Assembly: GCA_964057225.1 (NCBI GenBank)
Contig: OZ059896.1
Coordinates: 16,244,001 to 16,308,000 of the forward strand
Reading direction: 5' to 3'
DNA length: 64,000 nucleotides
DNA from: Auanema rhodensis
Taxonomy: Eukaryota > Animalia > Nematoda
The translations under genes were made by a program, and so were the position numbers. Below the pieces are notes generated by a model. It searched no databases. It was not told the DNA's origin and saw nothing but the letters and a program-made list of their open reading frames with translations. Positions 28,441 to 39,500 of this stretch are shown piece after piece. The first letter of the stretch is position 1. Every line of letters begins with the position of its first letter.

Positions 28441-29600
28441 ATCTCAGCGGTTGTGTTAATCAACTGGGATACTTGCCATTCTGTTGTTGCTGCTTTTAAT
28501 AAATATGATGTTGGCGTTCTGTTGCGTTTGCCTAAAAAATACAGTGCGGCTTTTAAAACTAATCCAGCGATTCTGCGTAACTTGAAGTATGAGACATTTA
28601 TAATGCTTTTTCTTGCCTCTGTGGATGACAGTTCGCTGCAATGTTGCAGGCTCTATTCTTGATAGACCGAATGGGTCTCGGCAAAAATCCTTTCTTTTTC
28701 TGGGGCGGTTGGCGATGGTATTGGCTCCTAGCTGTTTCAATTCTCTTACTAATAGTTGAATTGAAAGCCATCTCTTTTTGGCCATCATGAGGGGGATTTC
28801 GACAGCTTCAAGAAGTTGGGTGAACATTGTTATCTTTGTTACTGTTTTCTGTCCTTTTATGCTTTTAAAACTAGGTCGGTCCGTTCCTTCCTTTTTGTAG
28901 CCTTCTTTTTGACCAGTTAGGTGAAAAAGTGATGAAGATTTTTAATTAAAAACTTTGCAGTGATTTTTGAAAGATTCCAAGTATGATGTATAATTTTATT
29001 TTGAAATTTTTTTGTGATTAATACAATATTTTTATGAGAGTGAAAATGAAAATGTACAATAATTTGTGTAGAAATTTATGTATTAAATGAGAAAACAAAT
29101 ATATATAGGTTCAAGTTTAGATGAAAGTTATGAAAATTATGAAAATGATATTATACTTTTTGTGATTTTTATAGAAATTATGGATTTTTACTATTGTTCT
29201 AGCTTCTTACTTGTAGTCCCAATAACTGTTGACGGTCTTTCCTTACCACGAAGTTTGGGTCCGGGATCTGACTCTTCAAAACTCTCTTCTTCGGCTCTGT
29301 TACTGGTATGGTGCTGTGATACCTTATCGGCACATGATAAGGTTTTGCTGGCGTTGTAGGAGAATTATCTTCTAATCCCAATGCCAACTTAAGTGCTGAA
29401 CTTTTTCTTAACTGTGGGTGGCTTCTTCTTCCGTTTCTCATACAATTCGTTTCTTGCGTTTTCTTCTCATTCCTCTGATAGTTTGGAGAATTTCGAGAAA
29501 GAGGAGAAGAAAGAATAGCAGTACTTGGGTATGAAGATGATATTTGAGAATAATCTTTACGAGGGGAAGTATTTGTGCTAACATTACTAGAGTATTGCAA
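28440..29600 (-). mobile_element. 3' fragment of a relative of the inverted-repeat Gypsy element
   Basis: SSALKLALGLED.SP.TP.KPYHVPIRY.S.IP..SQIPD matches the polyprotein C-terminus at 45130-45290. ORF 28456-28827 (E.P..M.K..W..I..L..EL.QL) matches accessory ORF 45578. Confidence 0.8.
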
Positions 29601-29602
29601 TA

Positions 29603-30724
29603 TTGCAAATATTGCAAGTCTGGAAAGACAATGGAGAACTCTTTGGTCATTGTATTCGACTGAATAGTAAGGGTATCGATTATATAGTTGGTCCCGGACA
29701 TGTCTTAAAGAACGACAATGTTTTGGTTTGTAGTCAACACCGAGTGAAATATGGAGCCTTCCCTCTTGAAGCAACCGCCAAACGTCTGATTCTCAAAGAG
29801 AACGAAGATCTATTAGCCATCCAGATTGACCAAAATCTTGCTGGAAAGATAGGTTCAGTTGTCCGAAGTGGAGTCATGAGACACTCGGCGTTTGAAGGAA
29901 GTCTCTATTTCAGCGATCCAAACCATCCTGAGAATCTTATTCTCAGTTATGGTACGCTTGAACCTCAAATGAATGGAAAACTTTATTTCAGAGGTAAAAG
30001 TAGAACTGGATCAAGCGGAGCACCATACTTCGATGGAGCTGGAGCAATGTTTGGTGTTCACTGTGGAAAAGAGAACGGAGTCCCATTTGGTTATAATCTC
30101 AGTTATGTCAATTCACTATTGGTAATGGCGCAAGCCAGTAATGGACCAGAAGCCGTAGGCAATAATGTCACGTGGATGGGTTCAGGATCCTTTGGAGAAG
30201 ACAAGCGAGTTAAGAAATTCTTTCTACACGAACATGGTAAGCATGAAATGATTATCATTAGGGATGAGTATATGAATTATATACACTTTGATGACATCCC
30301 TGATGACCTACTCATTGAAGATCACGATGATTGGGAAGATTATGTAAATAATCTTAGTAAATTCGAGAAAAGAAGAATGCGAGTAGAGGACGACGAAATA
30401 ATGAACGATTATCGAGTACGTTCCAGAAGCTCATCGCCACACCCTGAGTATGCGTGGAATGAAGGTGAAAATAGTTTGGCACCTCCCCTGAAATACATCA
30501 TACCAGAGGCTTTCGAGTTAGGATTTAATGAAGAAGATGAAGACACGCTGGATGAATCTAACGGCGATGATGACGATGGATCACTTAGATGTAACCATCT
30601 AAGAATCTGTGTGAAATGCTTGGCCCCCGCACACATGGATGACTGCAAGATAACCTGCAGTCGCTGTCAAGGAACAGATCATCATTCTGCTCTCTGCTCA
30701 GCAAACAAAAAACGAAGACTTTAA
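29603..30724 (+). CDS. Chimeric ORF: sobemo-like viral serine protease plus acidic VPg-like region (29603-30578), fused in frame to a BEL zinc-finger tail
   Basis: Catalytic triad GHVL / EDLLAI / GSSGAP; GVHCG; acidic DDWEDY; no introns. The last ~47 aa are identical to the end of ORF 24667-24852. Confidence 0.75.
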   Translation: MQILQVWKDNGELFGHCIRLNSKGIDYIVGPGHVLKNDNVLVCSQHRVKYGAFPLEATAKRLILKENEDLLAIQIDQNLAGKIGSVVRSGVMRHSAFEGSLYFSDPNHPENLILSYGTLEPQMNGKLYFRGKSRTGSSGAPYFDGAGAMFGVHCGKENGVPFGYNLSYVNSLLVMAQASNGPEAVGNNVTWMGSGSFGEDKRVKKFFLHEHGKHEMIIIRDEYMNYIHFDDIPDDLLIEDHDDWEDYVNNLSKFEKRRMRVEDDEIMNDYRVRSRSSSPHPEYAWNEGENSLAPPLKYIIPEAFELGFNEEDEDTLDESNGDDDDGSLRCNHLRICVKCLAPAHMDDCKITCSRCQGTDHHSALCSANKKRRL

Positions 30725-33645
30725 TATTTAGGAATCTTTGGAAAATTTTGTGCCCGCTAAACAGAGAATCCTGCCCTCTGTCAGCATGGAAGTTAAAAAT
30801 GTTCTGGAAAACAAAAATATGGAAATTAGCTCCAGTCAGGTATGGATCTCATTTAATTCTGCATATCAGCACAAATTGCTTGCTATTTTTCTACATTTTT
30901 TTATTTTAGCTGACTAGTCTTGCCCGAAGTGTCAGCACCCACATCAAGTCGGGTACTGGTAAAAGATCGCCAAGCGATGTCAATAAACTCGTTGATAGAT
31001 TCGCGAATGCGAGTATGAAAGTGGAGCACATGGAACCAATCAAAGTGGAAAGAACAGGTTAAATTAAGTTTTTATCAATTTAATAGTAATGATTTTTTAG
31101 ATCGTGGTATTGCCTTCTGCCAGATTGTCGGATACCCGACGGCTTTCAAGCATTTTGTGCTTGCTTGCCAACGGTTGAAGATATGAACGACCATCTTCGC
31201 TTTGTGGACAATCTCCAATACATGCCTAAACAGGAGGCAAAGGAAGCATTTGGTGAGTATTTTGTAATTGAGGCATTGAAACTTTTTTAATCTTCCAGTG
31301 CGAATTTTGAATCAAGGGAATGCTTCCGGAGCTCTACCAACAATAGGAAGTATCATAATGATTGATACTACATTTTCAATCAGTAGTGGCGAATACGTCA
31401 CTCTAGCCCTCGGAGTTTCGGATATGTTCACGTAAGTATAGATTATATTAGTTACATCTTTTTTTATAATGTTAATTTAGGTCAAAAAAATCTGGTAAAA
31501 ACGCTGGCATATTGCTTGCATGTATGGTACATAGTACCAAAAACGCTGGCAATCATGAAGCATTCTCGGCATATTTGAACAAGATGCTATCTCAATATGG
31601 AAGGAACAAAAAAGTAGCTGGTTTGTGCCATGATGGTGAAGATGCTTTTAAAGCATACAACACTGTAAGAAATTTTTTTACATAAGGTTTAATTGTTCTT
31701 TATTTTAGGGATCATTTTTAAAAAATGCTATGCCGCTAAGATGTTCCGTGCACCGAATGGAGAATATAAAAAGCACATTCGGCAAAGACGATGATGCTGA
31801 GAGAAAGAAAGATATCCTGCATAAAATATTCGGGAGAAAAAAAGAGGTATACTTGATATTGTTTTTGAACACTATTTTTATGTTTTAAGACTGAATATGG
31901 AACAATCATGAGGAAAGGGGCTTTATCGTCCCTAACTCGTGACGAATATGAGAAGAAAATGCAGGATATTATTATGAATTGTGGAGAGAAAACTCGACAA
32001 TGGTTTGTTTTATCAAAATTTTAACTAATGTTTTTTGGATTTAGGCTCATTGTTAATAAAGAAGATTTGTATCAAACAAATAGTTTGATTCAAAAATTAA
32101 GAGCTGGGCAAAGCCAGCAATTTTTTTCCACTAACTTGCTAGAGTCGGGAAACGCTCAGTTAAAAGCAAGAATGCCTCATCCAATTCCTGCTCACCAGGT
32201 TTTAGAAAAAATGCTGCAATTACATGAAGGTAACTAAACTATTAAAAAAAAAGAAAAAATTAATTTCATTATAGAAGAAATAAAAGATCGAATTGGAGCC
32301 ATTCATCAGAAATCGGAAAAACTGGCCACTCACTTTCATGTTGAGAACCATGAGTGGTTAGTAATGACACGTATTGAGAAAATGAATAAACTCAAACTTT
32401 TTAGTTTGAATGACTTCATTTTTGAAAATACGTTGTCGAACTATCCCTCATGGATGAGTGAGCCAGTAGGAACTAATAATGCTGACGTGTTTTTCGAAAC
32501 TGTTCAGCGTTTGGAGGTATTTCCTGCTGCAAAAGCGGGTATATATTTTACCAAAGACAGTACTGGAGCGTAAGCTGAGAAAATTCGTAATAAAGTTTAT
32601 TATTAATTTTTCAGATTGGTATGCGTCAATGAAGTTAATAATGAGCTTGTATGCTCAAGCCCAGGATGTTCTCAGCGAAATTGTCCGAAACACGCTCTAT
32701 GTCATCACAGGTTTCTTAAATTTATAGTACAATTAAGTATATTTTTGTTTCAGACTAGCTGTTTTCATATCATTGGAGAATGAAAATAAAACAAATGCAA
32801 TTGTTGAAAACCTGGAACGGAAAAGGAACGAGAGAACAGCAAGAGAAGTGCAATCCGAGCAATTGAGACCAGCTGACGGGTCTAAATTCGATCAGAGACG
32901 ATTTGGTTCGCAATTCTCCAAAACGAACCGTAAAAGAAACTACTATGACATGGAGTAGGCTTAACACTACTGATCCCGAAATAATTTTTTATTACAGTAC
33001 GACAGCCGATTCAGATGAAGAGATATTGATTCCAGGCCCATCAGGCCAACAGGATCGCTACTACTCACTTTCATAAAGTGCCGTAGCTACAAAAATCGGA
33101 TACTAATAAATTTGAATAAGGTGAGTGAACTAACATATTTCAAACTATATATTTAATTTTATTTACAATATTGATCCATCACACACTCTCACCAAATTGA
33201 GAATCATTATTAAAAGGTCAGTTAGAACGATTGCTTAACATCTTTAATGAAAACTTTTCATGTATGCAACTGCTCCACAAAAAGAAAACATGCGAAACGG
33301 AAAGTTTTTTAAGAATTAAATTTCGATTCTTTTAACACTTCATGTTCAACTAATGTAAAAATTTTTTTACTGATAGTATAATCTCTAATTTGAAAAAAAC
33401 ATAAAATTTCAAACTACAACTTTTGTATTTTGGTATACTTAGTATAAAGATATTTTTTTTGTAAACTTGGTATACTTGATAAATTTGGTAAACTTGGTAA
33501 CCTTGTAAAGTGTTCATAAATTAATATTAGGTATAATTTGGTAAACCTGGTAAACCTGGTATGCCATATAACTATGGTAAACTTGTCTATTGCGTGGTAA
33601 ACCTAGTTTGGTAAACCTAAAGTTTGGTAAACTTGTCAGTTTGCT
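30724..33645 (+). mobile_element. Intron-containing MULE-like transposase gene with subterminal repeats
   Basis: Exon motifs IMIDTTF, LCHDGEDA, LRCSVH, TNLLESGN; ~45-nt introns; repeated (t)tggtaaac at 33460-33635. Confidence 0.65.
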
Positions 33646-33794
33646 TTAGTACTTGGATCGGAGACGGCTTGGGAATCCCGGGTGCCGTAAGCTTTTTCTT
33701 TTTCTCACTTTCTCATCTAGTTTGTAATCAGTAGTTACCTATATGGTATACGGTTATCTGGAAATGTTTTCATTTTCCGAGACAATTCTTAGAC

Positions 33795-33935
33795 AGCTTT
33801 GCGCAGTGGCGATAACGTGACCAATGAGGCTTTGCCGAGGTGCGTTTATTGCTGGTTGAAAACTTTTCCCAATTACCCGCGATATTCCCTGAAACATGGG
33901 TGATATACGCAATTTTTGAATGCCTGATAAGGCTG
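33795..33935 (+). ncRNA. U4: U4 snRNA
   Basis: 5' AGCTTTGCGCAGTGGC; kink-turn stem-loop; TGAAAACTTTTCCCAAT; Sm site AATTTTTG; 3' hairpin GCCT-GATA-AGGC. Confidence 0.95.
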
Positions 33936-34045
33936 ATTTGCATATTATGGAAAAATGTTCCACGTGAAAAGACGTCAATTTTCAAAATCAAACTAAAACG
34001 AACGGTTGCACTGCATACATATTCTGAAAAGAAAGGTAAGCATTC

Positions 34046-34501
34046 GCTTACGACCATACCACGTTGAAAGTCCGATCTGGCAAGTCAAGCAACGTTGGGC
34101 CTGTCGCTTGACAACTGGACTTTTACCTCCAAGTATCAGTCCAAGTATGGAGTCGGTTCGTATGAGTGCTGTGTTATGCGTTAAAACAAGTAAAATGAAG
34201 AACGATTTATTCAACGAAATACAACAAAACAGTAAAGTGAAAATAGCAAGTAGATTGATTTTAGAATTTCCTAGAAAATCCTAAAATCAATTCAAAATTG
34301 GTGAGACATGAGTTTTAACCATCTGGTTCTCCCTTTTATAGGGAGGCACCAGATGGATCAAGGGAGGAGAATGTTTTTGCAAAACAAAGTAAGAATGAGT
34401 GAAATCAGTATGAAACTTACATATTCTTTCACGTCGACCGTGACAGGGCCCGGTTAGTACTTGGATCGGAGACGGCTTGGGAATCCCGGGTGCCGTAAGC
34501 T
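34046..34501 (+). pseudogene. 5S rRNA interrupted by a solo LTR (also carries a 12-nt deletion)
   Basis: 5S halves flank 34102-34445. Confidence 0.92.
34102..34445 (-). mobile_element. BEL/Pao solo LTR, 344 bp
   Basis: TGTC..GACA termini; GGGCC TSD; same as the LTR at 51246-51589, which abuts a PBS. Confidence 0.93.
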
Positions 34502-34602
34502 TTTTCTTTTTCTCACTTTCTCATCTAGTTTGTAATCAGTAGTTACCTATATGGTATACGGTTATCTGGAAATGTTTTCATTTTCCGAGACAATTCTTAG
34601 AC

Positions 34603-34743
34603 AGCTTTGCGCAGTGGCGATAACGTGACCAATGAGGCTTTGCCGAGGTGCGTTTATTGCTGGTTGAAAACTTTTCCCAATTACCCGCGATATTCCCTGA
34701 AACATGGGTGATATACGCAATTTTTGAATGCCTGATAAGGCTG
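34603..34743 (+). ncRNA. U4: U4 snRNA
   Basis: Consensus copy. Confidence 0.95.
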
Positions 34744-34853
34744 ATTTGCATATTATGGAAAAATGTTCCACGTGAAAAGACGTCAATTTTCAAAATCAAA
34801 CTAGAACGAACGGTTGCACTGCATACATATTCTGAAAAGAAAGGTAAGCATTC

Positions 34854-34972
34854 GCTTACGACCATACCACGTTGAAAATACGCCATCCCGTCCGATCTGG
34901 CAAGTCAAGCAACGTTGGGCCCGGTTAGTACTTGGATCGGAGACGGCTTGGGAATCCCGGGTGCCGTAAGCA
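34854..34972 (+). rRNA. 5S rRNA
   Basis: GCTTACGACCATACC..CCGATCT..AGTCAAGC..TTAGTACTTGGATCGGAGAC..GCCGTAAGC followed by a T run. Confidence 0.95.
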
Positions 34973-35073
34973 TTTTCTTTTTCTCACTTTCTCATCTAGT
35001 TTGTAATCAGTAGCTACCTATAGGGTATACGGTTATCTGGAAATGTTTTCATTTTCCGAGACAATTCTTAGAC

Positions 35074-35214
35074 AGCTTTGCGCAGTGGCGATAACGTGAC
35101 CAATGAGGCTTTGCCGAGGTGCGTTTATTGCTGGTTGAAAACTTTTCCCAATTACCCGCGATATTCCCTGAAACATGGGTGATATACGCAATTTTTGAAT
35201 GCCTGATAAGGCTG
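35074..35214 (+). ncRNA. U4: U4 snRNA
   Basis: Consensus copy. Confidence 0.95.
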
Positions 35215-35267
35215 ATTTGCATATTATGGAAAAATGTTTCACGTGAAAAGACGTCAATTTTCAATAT

Positions 35268-35816
35268 CGTTCCATATTGGTTCCTAGGGTTCCGGCTAGG
35301 TAACCATATGGACTTTAATAGTGTGAATGCCATTGTAAAAGTAACAGAGAGTAGAGGAAAAGAAGTTTATTCAGAATATGGAAATACAATTATAAGAGCA
35401 AAATACAATAATCAAATAAATGAAACTACATGTTATGAGAAAGCCAACCTAGTTGCTTTCTCAGGGGTTTATATAGCAAAATATTAATTACAAATATAAT
35501 TGAATTTATACAAAAAGTAGTTCAGGTCTAGTTTCTTATTGAATTCTATTAACCAAAAGTCGGTTGACGTTGTCAACCGCCTTCTTTATAAGACACGTAT
35601 GGAACATGCCTTATATTGAAAAAGTAGCTGACCTCAGCTATAAGAAATTAGACCTTTTAAGGAAAAGAAACAAAAGAGAAAAATATATATATAAATGAAT
35701 TAGAATTAGAATACTAGAATAGGAATAATAGTGTAATAGGAATAATATTAAAAAAATGAAAACAATATAAAAAGAAAAAGAAAAGAAAAGAAAAGAGAAG
35801 AAAAACTATGAATTCA
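35268..35816. repeat. Left terminal inverted repeat (~550 bp)
   Basis: cgttccatattggttcc...ctatgaattca. Confidence 0.93.
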
Positions 35817-36514
35817 TGAAATATCTTAAAGACATTTATTCATATTGCAACACTTACCCATAAGTCATCTTGAAAACATCTTATCACAAGCTAATTTTGA
35901 AAATCTATTCATAAATCATTCTGAAAACATTGATTCATAAACAAAACCACTATTCTTGATATCTAACGCATTTTTATGAGAAAGCCCCGTAAGAAACAAT
36001 ACCAGACATTCTCGGGACATCGCGCGGAGGCGTACACTTTTTGATATAAGACGCGCAATCATTTGAAATTAACCCTTTTTGGTCCCATATGAGAATTAAA
36101 GAATATTTTGAAGTTGAGTGGTCCCACCTAGCAAGACCCAGGGGAACAGAAGTAAGGTTAAAAGGGAACGTCTTTTGGGGGTTTGCTTAGGTAAGAGAAG
36201 TCTGGAAAAGTGAGTATGAGAAGCCTGTGTACCTGATCTTGTCCATGACTGAAAAGGAGCAATACACAGACCACTGTCTCATATCTCATGCCTCTTCGAG
36301 AGATAAGAACTTGGTCCTTTGCTAAAGGTCACACGTAGTTGCGGACTCGTGTATGAACCTGACCAGGCTATTCTCCGACTAGAGACCCGCTGCAGGCTGG
36401 CCCCCTGACAGGAACAGGAGTCGCGCATACCAACCCCATATTGTCTCTTACGTTTTGTATAATATAAGCTCAGTCTTCGTTGGTTAATAATTTCCTTCCA
36501 GGAAACCAACAAAG

Positions 36515-39500
36515 ATGGCTGACGCAGCGAATCAAAACCCTCCGCCGGGAAATATTGCCCAAAATGCTACGAATAGCGCAGAGAAAACTCAGACAGTGGA
36601 AGCAGCACTGCATAGAAACCAAAGAAAAAGAGGACCACCGGATGCATTCCGACCAGATGCGAAATATCCGAAAACGAACGCGAAATCAAAGAAATTACCC
36701 CCTATTCCGGGTACACCGCTAACTGCTAAGAAACTTTATACTACTGCTATTAAAACTACTAGGCATGCAATTAGCTTGAATAAGAATAAAACATCATCCA
36801 GTAAATCTACGCCCAAACGCTCTTCTCACTCTCCAAAAACAGTTGTTAATACCGGCACTAACACTTGTCCTCCAAATCACACTTCTCCTCAACGCCTTGT
36901 TCAAACCGCAAATGCGGAAATCCTCACCTCTCCTATTCCTAGAAACTCTCCCTCTTCCACTGATCAATCTTTGCACGGGCACTCTCTGTCTCCTGTCTCT
37001 TCTTCGTCAGACAATAACGTAAATTTGACTTCGAATGTTACAGAGCAGAGAAGTCGCCCTCAAATGGCAGAGCAGATGGAGCAAGACAACTCTCCTATTG
37101 CAAGAGCCCACAACGTTTCTATTCGCCATCACAAACCTACGCTTTATGATGGATCGGTTCCATTCAACCTCTACATGCAAAGACTAGAAGGATATTTCGA
37201 TGCCCTTCAAGTCCCTATTGCCGAGAGACTTTCCCATCTCTATCTACTTCTCGGAACGGATAGAGCCGCTGAAGCTCTTCGAACTATACCAGCAGAAGAC
37301 TTACGCCAGGGATGGAACCATGTCAAACGCATACTATCGGAGAAATTACAACCTCCAGAAAAGAGAGATGCAGCATTCACAAAACTCACTCATTTGAAAC
37401 AAGGAGAGCACGAAACGGTACAAAATTTCGCTCAACGCTGCAGAAACCTTGCCTACGAATCATGCAACATGGACTCGACAGCCGATGAAAGAATACTACG
37501 AGCTTCATTCTTAGGAGGACTACGAAAGACTTTAAGAACACATGTCAATAACCGCAGCCCTATCACCTTTGATGCAGCCGTGACTATTGCCGAAACTGTG
37601 GAAGCTGACGAGGATCCTTCGCTCTTGGTCAACAACTTGATTAAAGACGTGGAACAACTAGAGATTAATAACGGTCTCATAAACCACATGAGAGCATCAC
37701 AACAGGAGAAAATCTATGACGGATCACAAACACACCAATCAAGAACATTCTATGGAAATCAATCAAGACCACAACACCCACAAGAGCAATGGAATCAAAG
37801 AAGAGGAGGATACCGCTCACCAAGATACCAAGAGGATCGACAAAATAACCGTCACAACTTCAGACAGGATAACAGAAACAATGGATATCAACGAGGATAC
37901 AACAATTATCGTAGCCCCCAACGGTACGATAGATACAATGATCGATACAACAGCAGAGGAAACGATCGATATGATAGCAGAAGGAATGATCGACAGGAGC
38001 ACAGAGGAAACGACCGATACAACCGCGGAAACTGTCCTGATCGCGGATTTCAACAACGAAATCGCAGCACTTCATATGGACCACATAACAGGCACAGAGA
38101 TCGCACAAGAAGCCCCAGCGTCCGTTTTCACGTTAACAAAGTAGAAAAGGAAACAGTCAAAACAAAGAAGACACTTCCGTTCATACCGCTATTCTTATCC
38201 GTCATCGCCCTATCTATGATACCTTGCCAGGCAGACAACACCTATCAACTCTGCATTGGCAAACGAGGAGGTATTTTCCTCGAACCACCTCGCCCAACCA
38301 CCTGCTCAGACTATGCACACAAGGACGGAGTCGAGATAAAAACAGTGGAACTATTCGCAGAAAATATGAATTACAAGGAATGGGAAGCATGGAAATGCGC
38401 CAAGGAAATCTATGAAACGTGCGCCCACGACTTATTCTTCATCAGGGAAAATAACGTTACATTACTCCGAATAGAACCAGCCACTCCACAAGAATGCCAA
38501 ACAGCCATTCAAGAAAGACGACACATGGATAACGACCTCAATCGCGAAGCACCAGGACTATTCAAAGCCCCTATGCCATCTAATACACAATCAAAATCGC
38601 TTTGGGCATCCTCTTGCACAACCAAGTCAAGATTTACCTTAGAAAGAGGAATGATGACTAGCCTACACGATGACACTATAATCTCCGCCTTATTCATCAA
38701 CACTGAAGGATGCATTAAGCAACAAGGAGTATGCAACACCACCAACGCAGTTATCACATGGATCCCACCCAATGATCATCGAAATTGCGACTCCACGACA
38801 TTAGGGAAATTCGAAGCACTAATCAACAATGATACTGTATTAATCTCGGAAATACAAGGAGCATTCATTCTCAAAAACAACACGCCAGACCCTACAGCTA
38901 CAAGATGTATGAATACAAGCATCTACTCAACTGATAGTGGTACGTACATTTCCATCAAGGATTTAAAAACACACCGACGTCAAAAGAGGATGGCACCCCA
39001 AGAATACCCTACGAGATTCTTCAATATCACTATCTACAAATCACTTCGCCTCACAGACAGTTCTACAGGTATACTACCTATGTACCAGACATATCGAAAT
39101 AGGAAAAGACTGGACAACGCTTATAACCTTATGGAATACCTCAAGACATCTAGCGTACACATAGGTTTCATCAAATTCCTACAACTAGATTCATCAAAAC
39201 TGAAGAACCGACTCTTATGGCACAACTACACTGACATCAACATGGTTATCCTGCACACACTTGCAGAAGCCGAGATTCGACTTTCTACGAAAATTGCCAT
39301 CGAACACCTACTACCATCAGAGATCACGGCAAAACTCAGCAAGCAAATCACTATCAGCGACTTTGCCACACGTCTACTCAACTACGAAGGCGATTATCTC
39401 GACCGAGCAAGACAAATAGCAACTGAAATAGCTCACACACCTACCACTCTGGCAACAGGAGAGACTATTCCATCAATGGAGGACTATCTGTACCAACTGT

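Noticed and set aside
34545-34602. snRNA proximal sequence element upstream of U4
   Set aside because: One is expected here, but I cannot match it to a known consensus by eye.
36113-36132. Possible tRNA-Gln-like PBS (tgagtggtcccacctag) upstream of gag
   Set aside because: Imperfect match from memory and not adjacent to a repeat end; needs the host tRNA set to test.
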